Shown: positions 10,810-22,965 of the stretch, in pieces
Numbering within the stretch: the first letter of the stretch is position 1
Layout of the letters: each line of letters opens with the position of its first letter
From: Mobula hypostoma
Lineage: Eukaryota
Assembly: GCF_963921235.1 (NCBI RefSeq)
Contig: NC_086108.1
Location: 106,704,001-106,768,000, forward strand
Direction of reading: 5' to 3'
Length of the DNA stretch: 64,000 bases
The notes under the pieces: model-generated
The model's database searches: none
The model's input: the letters and a program-made list of their open reading frames with translations, nothing else
Told to the model about the DNA's origin: nothing
Made by a program: the position numbers and the translations under genes

Positions 10810-11485
10810 GGGAATTTGCAGGGTGGTCTGCAGCGGCGGGCCTCTGTGCCCCACCGCTGGTGGTAGAAACACCATTGTTCGTTGGGCTCCTCACTCCCGT
10901 CGCCGGGTTTTGTAGGCTCTGCTGCCGGGCCTGGTCTGGTCTGTCGTTGGGCATGCGGCTTGGTGATCTGTGCGACGGATGCCCCTCTCTCTTTCCTGGC
11001 ATTCCACAGCACATCTGCTCGGGCCGCCACCTCCCGGGGATCGCTGAAATCTGCGTCGGACAGCAGCATGCATTCGTCCTCGGGCAGTTGCTCTAGGAAC
11101 GCCTGCTCAAACATGAGGCAGGGTTTGTGTCCTTCAGCCAGGGCCAGCATCTCGTTCATTAATGCTGACGGCGGCTGTCTCCCAAACCATCCAGGTGCAT
11201 TAAGCGGCGTGCTCGTTCGCGCCGTGAGAGTCCGAAAGTCCTTATGAGCAGGGCTTTGAATGCTGTGTATTTGCCGTCCTCCGGGGGCGACTGTATAAAC
11301 TCCTCAATTTGTGCAGCAGTCTCCTGGTCGAGGGAGCTCAGCACGTAGTAGTAGCGAGTGGACTCCGAGGTTATCTGCCGAATGTGGAATTGTGCTTCTG
11401 CCTTTTCGAACCATAAATGGAATCGCAGCGTCCAGAAGCCTGGCAGTTTTAACGAAACTGCGTGAACAGATGCAGCGTCGGTCAT
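10782..11485 (-). pseudogene. gag: Gypsy gag with CHCC motif, one frameshift near 11170
   Basis: MTDAASVHAVSLKLPGFW...EAQF then ...[18 protein letters not shown] (ORFs 11159-11545 and 10782-11159). Confidence 0.9.
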
Positions 11486-11509
11486 CTCTGGTCCAAATAT
11501 CGTTTGGGC

Positions 11510-11523
11510 CGTCGGGGTCACCA
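11510..11523 (-). promoter_or_regulatory. Primer-binding site, tRNA-Trp
   Basis: Minus strand TGGTGACCCCGACG, 2 nt after the 5' LTR, complementary to the 3' end of vertebrate tRNA-Trp (...CGUCGGGGUCACCA). Confidence 0.9.
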
Positions 11524-11525
11524 AT

Positions 11526-11812
11526 TGTAGCGGTGTGCTACACACAGCGCTAGAATAACCACACGGAGTCGGTGAGTTAGAGTTGCGATGAAAGAGATTT
11601 ATTCAAACTTCGCGGCCCGCTTTAAAGCCTTCCCGTTCCCGCCCTCCCTGGGCGGGACTACTGTGGGGAATGCATATTCCCAGACCCTTTCTGCGCCCGG
11701 GATTTTCCCCCCGCTGGTGAAGATGGCCTGGCGCCCTTTTTGCTGCCGGCCCTCTGCCTGCGCGCGCTGTTTCGTGAGCCGGTTCGTGGGTGCCAGAAAG
11801 TGGGTCGCCACA
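11526..11812 (-). repeat. 5' LTR (287 bp)
   Basis: TG...CA ends, AATAAA on the minus strand at 11598-11603, followed by the primer-binding site. Confidence 0.95.
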
Positions 11813-11816
11813 GTAC

Positions 11817-11840
11817 AATAATAATAATAATAATAATAAT
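11817..11840. repeat. (AAT)n microsatellite
   Basis: Direct reading; part of the host repeat (compare ~148-165). Confidence 0.9.
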
Positions 11841-12792
11841 ACATACATAAATAAGCAATAAACATCAAGAACATGAGATGCCCTCTTCTTATTGTTACCA
11901 TCAGGAAGGTGGTACCGAAGCCTGAAGGCACACACTCAACGATTCCGGAATAGCTTCTTCCCCTCTGCCATCCCATTTCTGAATGGCCATTAAACCCATG
12001 AACACTACCTCACTACTCTTTTATTTCCAATTTTAAACTAACTATTTAATTTTACTATTTTTTCTATTATTGTCTGTTGCATTGTACTGCTGCCACAAAT
12101 TTAACTAATTTCACAACCTGATTCTGATTCTGAAGAGCCCTTGGAATGAGTCCTTTGGTGGTGGGAACATTTCAACGATGGGGCAAGTGAAATTGAATTA
12201 TCCCCTTTGGTTTAAAAACCAGATGGTTGAGGGGTGGTAACTATTGTTCCTAAACCTGGTGGTGTGGGTCTTGAGACTCCTGTATCTTCTTCCTGATGGC
12301 AGCAGTGGCAAGACAGCATGGCCTTGGTGGTGGTGAGGGGAGGGGTGATATTATCCCTGATGATGGATGCTGCTTTTCTGCAACAGTAGTTCACAGAGAT
12401 GTGTTCAATGGTTGGGAGGACTTTACCCATGATAGATTGCACTATATCCATTACTTTTTGTAGAGCTGTTGAAGGCCAGCATTCCCAAAACCTTCTTCAC
12501 TGCCCTGTCATATATATGAATTCCTCAGATGTACCATTGAGGAGATATTCGAAAAGCAATGCCTCAGGAAGATGGCTTCTATCATTAAGGACTGTCACCA
12601 TGGAGAACATGCTACCATCAAGGAGAAGGTATAGGAACCTGAAGACACACACTTAATGATTTAGGAACAGCTTCTTTCCCTCTGTCATCAGATTTCTGAA
12701 AGATGCATGAAGTCATGAACACAACCTCACTTTTTTCCTCTCATTTTGCTGTAATTATTTATTTTTTATATTTCATATTGTAGTGTATAGTG

Positions 12793-13276
12793 TATATTAA
12801 CAGACAGAAAGATGAGCACGTACACTAAAAAGAGAATACTGCAGTGCTACATTTATTCTATCCTGACTTATGGAAATGAATGCTGGACCATTTCCCCTGC
12901 AATGGAAAAGAGACTAGAAGCAGCTGAATTATGGTTCTACAGGAGAATGTTAAAAATATCATGGACCACACACATATCAAATGAAGAAGTTCTCAGAAGA
13001 GCTCAAGCAGTTCGATCACTCATACCAACAATAAGAGAAAGACAACTCAGATTCCTAGGGCACATCATGCGGAAAGATGAACTAGAAAAACTCATACTCT
13101 CTGGAAAGATTGCAGGGAGTAAACCTAGAGGAAGACCTTGGCTTATGTACATCAAAAGCATAGCCAGGTGGCTACACATAGAGGAAATGGAAGTCATCCA
13201 AAAAACGAAGGATAGATCTGTATGGAAAACCATGGTCACCAAAGTCCGCATCGGATATGGTACCTAGACAGACAGG
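12793..13276 (+). mobile_element. 5'-truncated RTE-clade LINE
   Basis: ORF 12812-13267 (LTYGNECWT...ELWFYRRMLKISW...LRFLGHIMRK...GSKPRGRP) is the RTE C-terminus; GACA-repeat tail; 8-bp TSD gtatagtg at 12785-12792 and 13277-13284. Confidence 0.9.
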
Positions 13277-14339
13277 GTATAGTGATTTTGTTTTGTGTAC
13301 TGCATGGTACAGCTGCTGCAAAACGTCAAATTTTTATGACAAATGTCAATGATAATAAACCGGATTCTAATTTTCATTCTGTTTGTAGTTTAGTTGTAGA
13401 CAACATGTGTGATGGGACAATTAACCTGGCATATGGAAACTGAAGTGACAGTACTGAGGATGGGGCAGTTAAGATGCAAGTTGGTGCAGTGTCTACTGAG
13501 ACTGGAAGGACAGGCAGATGATAGGGCAAAATTGCAGTCAGTGGGACAAAATCAAAAAGGGTGATGAATACAGGACTGAAGGTGTTATATTTCAATGTGT
13601 GCAGCATACAGAATAAGATAGATGATCTTGAAATGTAATTAGAGATTGGCAGGTGTGATATTGTGGGCATCATTGAGTCGTGGCTGAAGAAGGTTGTAGC
13701 TGAGAGCTTAACATCTGAAGATACACTTTGTATTGAAAGGACAGGCACATAGGCAGAGGGAGTGTGGCACAGCCTCAGACTGGACAGGATGTCCATTTAG
13801 GACAGAGATGATGAAGAATTTCTTCAGCTGGAGGGTTTAGAATCAGATGGCTGTCGAGGCTGAGTATATTTAAAGCAGACTTTGATCAGTTCTTGGTTAG
13901 TCAGGGCATCAAAAGCTATGCGGAGAAGGCAGGAAAATGGGTTAAGAGGGATAATATATCAGCATGATTGAAGGGCAGAACAGACTCAATGGGCCAGGTG
14001 GCCTAATTCAGCCCCTATGTCTTCTGGTCATGTATTATATATTCACTTATCTTTCGCTATATGAATGTTGTAGCATGGCTAAGCACTAATTGTCCATCTC
14101 CCTAGAGAATATGATCCACCTTCTTAGGTGTTTAGATTCACATGGCATCTTCTCAGGATAATGTTAATTAAGTATCCAACTACAATAAAGGAACAGCAAA
14201 TTGGTGGATGTATTGCACAGGAAGTCATGGAAAAAATATTCAAAAGGTGACGGTGTGTATCTAAGTGCCTTAAATAGCTATCTTATAAAGTATACCAAAA
14301 TACATTGTTACAGGCTGTAATATTTTCTGTTTAACATTC

Positions 14340-14582
14340 AGTAGTTACTTTATTAGGTACACCTGCATACCTGCACATTAATACAAATATCTATTCAGCC
14401 AATCATGTGGCAGCAACTCAGCGCATAAAAGCATGTAGAAATAATTAAGAGGTTCAGTTGTTCAGACCAAGCATCAGAATGGGGAAGGAATATGATTTTG
14501 ACCATGGAATGATTGTTGGTAGCAGACAGGGTGATTTGCGTATCTCAGAAACTGCTGATCTCCTGCAATTATCACACACAGC
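14340..14582 (+). mobile_element. Tc1-like transposon 5' fragment
   Basis: TIR-like actttattaggtacacc followed by MGKE.DFDHGMIVGSRQGDLRISETADLL (N-terminal helix-turn-helix); same family as 39311 and 56418. Confidence 0.75.
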
Positions 14583-14599
14583 ACTTGACTGTGGCTGTG

Positions 14600-15720
14600 T
14601 AAGTAATCAGATTGAGTTAAACAGCTGCAGGATCCTGAAGTGTCTTGGATTGTTTCTGGTTTCTTTTGGCATTTTCCACATTTATCATCTTGAATTTGTT
14701 GGTCTTTTATTATGTGTCTTCGATAATTTTTTGTGTTAACTACCTGGTCCTATATTGTTACAAAGAACCTTTCTGTTTCTAGGAAGAGGGCTCTAACCCT
14801 GAGCCAAGCATTTGATGCTTCCTTGTCAACATCTAGTTCAGATCATGGGAATGTCTTCCAGGAGGGGCATGCTTTTCCACTGGTTAACTTTTTCTTCTGT
14901 AGTAATAATTTCTTCAATTTTCTGGGCTGTTATTTCATTTAAGTTTACTGATGTATACTTCTCATCAGAATTCCCTATGCTCACGTGAAGTTCTGAATCC
15001 TGTTTTCATTGATGAAAATATGTCCTTGGGAGCTTTATGTGACTGTTGTGTATTTTTTTAATGTCTGTTATTCCTCTTCCCTCTTCTGACCTAGGTACTG
15101 ACAATCTAAGCACGTTCTAAAATTTGTAATTTTTTTTCTTATTTTGCTTTGAAAATTTTCCAGATCGGTTTCAGACCAAGATATTATGCCAAAAGAATAT
15201 GTAAATCCAGGTTTAGTGAAAGTGTTTATTGCTTTTGTTATATTTTTACTGTTGATCTCTGTTTGGCAGGCTTTCTTAAGCCTTGAAGTAAATTCTGTCA
15301 AGTTTTTTTTTTATCACACTATGATCTATTTTCTTTGCTTGTTGATATACCAGATACGTATATGTTTCATATTAATCCATCAGTTGTATTGTATCCTGCT
15401 GCTCTGTTTCATCTTCTGTTAGTTCTATTGCACCTTTCTTTATGTTTAATGTTCTGTATTTATCCAGTCCAAGGTTTATTTCTTTCAAAAATAATTCTAC
15501 TACTTGGATTAATGGCTTTAGCTTTACTGATGAAAGAGTGTATAATTTCAAATAATCCATTTATAGAAGATGTGTCAAGGTATAATTCATTTCATTGTTT
15601 CTGATTGATACACAATTTTCATCTGATTCAGTAAATTAGAGAGTGGGTTTAAAACTAGACAGAACTATAGTGGACTTAAAGAGTCGCGCTGGGAATTGCC
15701 TCGGTTTATTTTGAAAATAG
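14600..15720 (-). mobile_element. Decayed R4/Dong-like non-LTR retrotransposon
   Basis: MDYLKLY (cf. YMDDLKLY) at 15560 and INSKNITKAINTF...TYSFGIISWSETDLE (15068-15301) resemble the R4-clade RT and thumb region. Confidence 0.65.
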
Positions 15721-18329
15721 CGGTTGTTCTTTTTTGGTTGAAAATAGATAGGGTGATTATAGTACGCCAATGTCTCATCAGATGTTTCTGGAATTATTAT
15801 TAATACTATGTTTATTAATAGTAATATTGTTTAGTTATAAATTATTATTATGTTTTTATTATGCATATGCCTAAGAGACTGTAGACATTTTTCACAAGAA
15901 AACACAATTAGATCAAAAGTAAGTCCATCTTTGTGCAAAGTGCTGTGCGTGTTGTTAAACTGTAGTGATTAGAGTTGTGCTGATTGTTTCAAGAAACAAA
16001 TGGTTAAAGGGAAATGGCCATTCCTGAAGTTGGTGTTGTGGGACTTCAGGCTTCTGTACCTCCTGCCCAATGGTAGCTGTGAGAAGACGGCATGGTCCCG
16101 ACGGTGGGGATCTTTGACGATGGAAGCTGCCTTCTCGATGAATCACTTAATTGGGTACATAGTCAATTAACCCACAGATCTGTTAGTCATTATAAACACT
16201 ACAGTGCATTGTCCTCAGTGAATGTTTTTTGTTCAAGTACGGAAAATATTGTGCTTCCTAGTTTATGTTTGAAAAGAAAACTTATAGTTATTTCACTCCC
16301 CTGGAGCTTTCTGGTTAATTATAGCCCTGAGTTCTGATTGCTGAGATAACAATTAAGTGCTTCCTGAGTATAATGTTTTGTGACATAGGGTCGGTCGACT
16401 GATGTACTCGTGGCTAAATACTAGAAATGTCTTACCTTCAATTACAGAAAGCCTGATGTGGTTAATCAGGCTGTGCACCAGCACTTGGCAAGAGAATAAC
16501 AGTTTCTGGGAAGCCTTCAGGTTAGCATTATGTTCGATTTGGGTTGGCAGATCTACAATGAAAATAGCTGGGCAGCTCTCTGGTATACAACTGACTCTGT
16601 CTCAGTGAACTGAGAAGATAAAGATTAAAGATAAGCTCTACTTACCTCCAGTACATCGTTTGTGATGCACTGGAGTTAGCCTGTAAGTGTCGCTACACTT
16701 CTGCCGTCAACATAGCATGCCCACAATTCAGTAAATGCAACCGTGCATCTTTGGAATATGGGGAGGAAGCCAGAGCCCCAGGTGGACCATACTCGATGGG
16801 CTGAATGGCCTAAATATGCTCTTAAGTCTTATGGTCAGGCACTCAGTGATTCTGGAACCGGTTCTTCTCCTTTGCTATCCAATTTTTAAATGGACATTGG
16901 ACCCGTGAACGCCACTTCACTATGCTTTTTTAAAATTTCTGTTTTTGCACTAATGATCTTAATTTAACTATTTAATATGCATATTTATTCCATTGTATTG
17001 CTGCTGCAAAGTTAACAAATTTCACGACATCTGCTGCTGATATTAAGCCTGATTCTGATTCTGGTCACTGCAGGAAAACCATACAGTCGTGGGGGGGGGG
17101 AATGTACAAGCTCTTTGTGGAGATGGGCAGGAATTGAACCCTGATAAGCGATCGCTGCTGCTGTAAAGATATTGCATTAACCACCGTGCTACTGTGCAGC
17201 CCCACTGTCTCTTAATCCATTCAACAAATAAAAAAAGAAACATTTCACTCATCGAAGAAAAATCCAATGAATAGACTGAAAGTCAAAGTAAACATTTGCT
17301 TCCAACTAGCTGAGAGAAACTAAATCTCCAGATGAATATCATTATTGTTATTAGGTACACATTACTTTAAGTACAGTTTGGTCCGTCTGATTATGTTGAA
17401 GAACCTAATGTGTTTTTGATAATAAAGGTAAACACAAAAAGACTTTCAAAAGCTCAAAGGCTTAAGACGAAATTGGATCAATACTGGTCTTACCACAGGT
17501 ACAGTAAAAGTTCGCTGCATGTGTTATTGAACTGTAAGCTCACAATGTCAATGCCTCCTGTATAAATTAGCTTCATCTTCAGTTTTTTAAACTTCCTATT
17601 CCTTCACCTCAACACGGACAATCATCGTAATGATTTCTGCTTGGCATCTGGTGAAGTTTTCTGTAATTAATTTGAAGCATTTTAAATCTGTCATTTTGTT
17701 TTGGGCAAGCCCATTCTCTTTTGCTCTCTCTTTCAGAACAGATTGGCAATTTTATCATTTGACAGGTATCTAATCAGCCAAACTCAAGTCTTGCCCTAAT
17801 TATCTGACTGAGTTGTTGGAGATGATGCAGTTGAACACTGGAACTCATTACCAGGGACTGCCCTTTTCAGTCAAATCCATGCCACCGGCAGCCATAACAG
17901 ATCTGGTTCCAAAACAAAGATATTTGTAATAATGATTCAAGATGTTTTAATGTCATTTCCAGTACTTAATTGAAAAGAAGAACAAAATAATTGTTACTCC
18001 AATGTAGTACAAAAAAAGAAAAGGAACACAACAATAAAAAATACAATAAGCATAAATATGTAAGATAGCTTGTATACATAGATTGATTGTATGTCCATAA
18101 AGTGACACTAGGCACAGGAGTGTCTGTATATAAGGTGACTGACAGGAAGTGATAATGTAGTGGTGGTTGGGGGTGTGGAGGGTGGGTTAGTGAGTGGAGC
18201 TGTTGATCAGCTTGGGGAAAGTAACTGTTTTTGAGTCTGGTGATCCTGGTGTGGATGCCAAGTAGCTTTCTCCCTGATGGGAGTGAGACAAACAGTCCAT
18301 GAACAGGGTAGGTGGATCCTTCATGACAT

Positions 18330-18521
18330 TGTGGCAAACCATATATATACTGTAACTGGGTTAACTGTCTGGACACGCCCCTCTGCTGACTGGCCCTGTG
18401 GCTCCTCCCACAGACCCCTGAATAAAGGTGTTTCGCCTTGCCCCTCCCCCTCAGTCCGCGGGCAGACACTCACCATGGAGGTCGTATTGTACAGCAAATT
18501 GGAGTTATTGAAGGTGCTTTA
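18330..18521 (+). mobile_element. Solo LTR (about 192 bp)
   Basis: Starts TG, internal AATAAA, 5-bp TSD gacat (18325-18329, 18522-18526). The paralogous host repeat at ~51320-51350 lacks the insert. The end reads TA rather than CA. Confidence 0.65.
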
Positions 18522-19511
18522 GACATCCCTGGCCCTTTTCCGGCACCTTTCTGTGTGTGTGTGTCTCTCTCTCTATCTATCTATCTATCCTTGATGGCAG
18601 GTAGACTGGTGCTGGTGATGTGTTGGAATAAATTACTGGAACTGCCACATAAATGGAAGACAGAAAAGAACGTGCCTGAAGGGCGCTGCAAGGGAATCGC
18701 TGTAGCTTTTAAGTAGAGCTACAGCTAAGTGCACAGCAGTAGACATGAAGAATAAAAGGCTTTCAACTGACATTAATCCTCTTGGAGGGGCTGGCCATTC
18801 AGTCCAGGCAGAAATGAGGGGAGTTTTGTTTTCTCTCCAACAATCTTTAGATCACAAGGGATGGTGGAAGCAGTTTCACAGCAGAAGTAGACAGATTCTC
18901 GATCGACAGATATCACAGGCAACATGGCAGTACTGATTTAAAAAGAGCTATTTACAATTGTACCAAGAGTTGTTGGTGAAGAACGTAAGCAAAAAAAGCA
19001 AATACAACGTTGAGCAGGATCGGCTTTTTTTATTATGTATTATCCCATACTCCTCTAATCCCATCGATCTCTGTTTCAAATTAAGGTAATGTCTGCGCTT
19101 CTGCAGCCCTCTGGGATAGATAATTCCAAAGGTTCGCCAACCTCGAAGCGATGTCCATAGTCTGAAATGTTCCAGCCGTTATTCTGTGACAGTGAAGCCT
19201 GGTTCTTTGTGGAAGCATCACCTGTGAATTTGGAAGGTAAAACATTTTAAAAATACCACATGAGATCTCTATTTTCTCAGCTCCCTCTCATCTCCAGAAT
19301 CCTGGTTTCATTCCTGGCCTCTGGCACCGTTTGCGTGGAGTTTGTATGTTCTCCCAGACACTGAATTGATTTCCTCCAGGTGCCATGGCTTCCACCCACA
19401 TCCTAGACATATAGAAAAGATGCCATTAAGTTGGAAGAAGTGCTTACAAGGATATTGCTGGGATTCAAGAGACAGTCTGTGAAGTGGTTCAAAAAACTCC
19501 CTTGCTTCTCC

Positions 19512-21030
19512 GGGACTGGACGGGATGCACCCCAGGCTACTGTGGGACGCCAGGGAGGAGATTGCTGAGCCTCTGGCAATGATGTTTGCATCATCAATGA
19601 GGATGGGAGAGGGTCCAGATGATTGGAGGGTTGCGGATGTTGTTCCCTTATTCAAGAAAGGGAGTAGAGATAGCCCAGGAAATTATAGACCAGTGAGTCT
19701 TACTTCAGTGGTTGGTAAGTTGAAGGAGAAGATCCTGAGAGGCAGGATGTATGAACATTTGTAGAGGCATAATATGACTAGGAATAGTCAACATGGCTTT
19801 GTCAAGGGCAGGTGGTGCCTTACGAGCCTGATTAAATTTTTTGAGGATGTGACTAAACACATTGATGAAGGTAGAGCCGTAGATGTAGTGTATATGGATT
19901 TTAGCAAGGCTTTTGATAAAGTACCCCATGCAAGGCTTATTGAGAAAGTAAGGAGGCATGGGATCCAAGGGGACATTGCTTTGTGGATTCAGACCTGGCT
20001 TGCCCACAGAAGGCAAAGAGTAGGCGGTGACCAGTGGTGTGCCTCAGGGATCTGTTCTGGGACCCCTACTCTTTGTGATTTTTATAAATGACCTGGATGA
20101 GGAAGTGGAGGAATGGGTTAGTAAATTTGCTGATGACACAAAGGTTGAGGATGTTGTGGATAGCATGAAGGGCTGTTAGAGGTTACAGTGCGGCATTGAT
20201 AGGATGCAAAACTGGGCTGAGAAGTGGCAGATAGAGTTCAACCCAGATAAGTGTGAGATGGTTCATTTTGGTAGCTCAAATATGATGGCAGAATGTAGCA
20301 TTAATGGCAAGACTCTCGGCAGTGTGGAAGATCAGAGGGATCTTGGGCTGTGAGTCCATAGGACACTCAAAGCTGCTATGCAGGTTGACTTTGTGGTTAA
20401 GAAGGCAAACAGTGCATTGGACTTCATCAATCGTAGGATTGATTAAGAGCCGAGAGGTAATGTTGCAGCTATATAGGACCCTGGTCAGACCCCACTTGGA
20501 GTACCGTTCTCTATTCTGGTCACCTTACTACAGGAAGGACGTGGAAACCATAGAAAGGGTGAAGAAGAGATTGACAAGGATGTTGCCTGGATTGGAGAGA
20601 ATACCTTATGAGAATAGGTTGAATGATCTTGGCCTTTTCTCCTTGGAGCGACGGAGGATGAGTTGTGACCTGATAGAGGTGTGCAAGATAATGATAGGCA
20701 TTGATCGTGTGGATAGTCAGAGGCTTTTTCCCAGGGCTAAAATGGCTAGTGTGAGAGGGTGTAGTTTTAAGGTGCTTGGAATTAGGTACAGAGGAGTTGT
20801 CAGGGGTATGCTTTTTATGCAGAGAGTGGTTTTTTTGAAATGGGCTGCCGGCGGCGGTGGTGGAGGCGGATACGATAGGGTCTATTAAGAGACTCCTGGA
20901 TGGGTACATGGAGCTTAGAAAAATAGAGGGCTATGGGTAAGCCTAGGTAGTCCTAAGGTAGGGACAGGTTCAGCACAGCTTTGTGGGCTGAAGGACTTGC
21001 ATGTGCTGTATGTTTTCTATGTTTCTGTTT
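19512..21030 (+). mobile_element. CR1 LINE 3' half (RT to tail), decayed
   Basis: NYRPVSLTS, QHGF, YMDFSKAFDKVPH, VRPHLEY; tail ttctatgtttct. Confidence 0.92.
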
Positions 21031-22965
21031 TTCTCTCCGCAACCCTCCAGTCCTCTGGAACTTCTGCTGTTCCCATTGATGAAGAAACGATCATCGCCAG
21101 AGGCTCAGCAATCTCCTCCCTTGCCTCCCACAGTAGCCTGGGGTACATCTTGTCCGGTCCCAGTGACTTATCCAACTTGATGTTTTCCAAAAGTTCCAGC
21201 ACATCCTCTTTCTTAATATCTACAACGCTCAAGCTTTTCAGTCCATTGCAAGTCATCTCTACAATCGCCAAGATCCTTTTCTGTAGTGAATACTCAAGCA
21301 AAGTATTCCTTAAATATCTCTGTTATCTCCTTCGGTTCCATACACACTTTTCCACTGTCACACTTGATTGGTCCTGTTCTCTCACGTTTTATCCTCTTGC
21401 TCTTCACATACTTGTAGAATGCCTTGGGGTTTTCCTGAATCCTGTCCTCCAAGGCATTCTCATGGCCCCTTCTGGCTTTCCTAATTTCATTCTTAAACTC
21501 CTTCCCGCTAGCCTTATATTCTTATAGATCTCTATCATTACCTAGTTTTTTGAACCTTTCATACGTAAGCTTTTCTTCTTGACTAGAATTACAACAGCCT
21601 TTGTACACCACAGTTCCTGTACCCTACCATCCTTTCCCTGTCTCATTGGAACATGCCTATGCAGAAAACCATGTAAATATCCTCTGAACATTTGCCACAT
21701 TTCTTCTGTACATTTTCCTGAGAACATCTGTTCCCAATTTATGCTTCCAAGTTCCTGCCTGATAGCCTCATATTTCCCTTTACTCCAATTAAATGCTTTC
21801 CAAACGTGTCTGTTCCTATCCATCTCCAATGCTATGGTTGAGGAGATAGAATTGTGATCACTATCTCCAAAATGCTCTCCCACTGAGAGATCTGACACCT
21901 GACCAGGTCCATTTCCCAATAGAAGATCAAGTACAGCCTCTCCTCTTGTAGGCTTATCTTCATATTGTGTCAAGAAACCTTCCTGAACACACCTAACAAA
22001 CTCCACCTCATCTAAACCCCTTGCTCTAGGGAGATGCCAATTTATATTTGGGAAATTAAAATCTCCCATCACAACAACTCTTATTACTATACCTTTGCAG
22101 AATCTATCTCCCTATATGCTCCTCAATGTCCCTGTACTATTGGGTGGTCTGTAAAAAACACTCAGTACAGTTATTGACCCCTTCCTGTTCCTAATCTCCA
22201 CCCACAGAGACTCCGTAGACAACCCCTCCATGACTTCCTCCTTTTCTGCAGCCGTTGCAATATCTCTGATCAACACTGCCACGCCCCCACCTCGTTTGCC
22301 TCCCTCCCTGTCCTTTCTGAAACATGTAAAGCCTGGCACTCTAAGTAACCATTCCTGCCCCTGAGATATCCAAATCTCTGTAATGGCCACAACATCATAG
22401 CTCCAAGTACTGATCCACGCTCTAAGCTCATCCACTTTGTTTGGAATATTCCTTGCATTAAAATAGACACATCTCAAACCATTGGTCTGAAGGTGTCCCT
22501 TCTCTATCACCTGCCTATCCTCACTCTCACACTATCTCCAAGCCTTCTCTATTTGTGAGCCAATCGCCCCTTCCTCCGTCTCTTCAGTTTGGTTCCCATC
22601 ACCAGCAATTCTAGTTTAAACTCTCCCCAATAGCCTTAGCAAACCTCCCCGCCAGGATATTGGTCCCCCTGGGATTTAAGTGCAATCCGTCCTTTTTGTA
22701 CAGGTCGCACCTACGCCAAACGAGGTCCCAGTGATACAGAAATCTGAATCTCTGTCCCCTGCTCCAATCAGCCACGCATTTATCCTCCACCTCACTCTAT
22801 TCCTGTACTCACTGTCACGTGGCACAGGCAGTAATCATGAGATTACCACCTTTGAGGTCCTGCTTGTCAACTTCCTTCCTAACTCCCTGTAGTCTGTTTT
22901 CAGGACCTCCTCCCTTTTCCTACCTATGTCGTTGTACCAAGACCTCTGGCTGTTCCCATTTCCCA
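21031..22965 (-). mobile_element. CR1 LINE 5' half (ORF1 end, APE endonuclease, linker), decayed
   Basis: YFNARNI, VAITEIW, FYRPPN, MGDFNFP, GDSDHNSI, GPDKMYPRLL. Confidence 0.92.

Larger units (their letters stand above)
7529..11812 (-). mobile_element. Full-length, inactivated Ty3/Gypsy LTR retrotransposon, CsRn1/Kabuki/Boudicca-like clade
   Basis: Two TG...CA LTRs; 4-bp TSD gtac (7525-7528, 11813-11816); primer-binding site and polypurine tract; gag with Cx2Hx9Cx3C; pol order protease-RT-RNase H-integrase. Confidence 0.96.

Noticed and set aside
7591..11553. Plus-strand and alternate-frame ORFs inside the Gypsy element, considered as env or accessory genes
   Set aside because: Shadows of GC-rich gag-pol; there is no room for an env gene between integrase and the polypurine tract.
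11599..11976. ORFs with poly-Tyr, poly-Leu or poly-Ile runs
   Set aside because: Translation of the (AAT)n microsatellite across the LTR junction.
18698..18726. Hairpin gctgtagct...agctacagc as a microRNA or terminator
   Set aside because: A 9-11 bp stem is too short for a pre-miRNA and is expected by chance in 64 kb.
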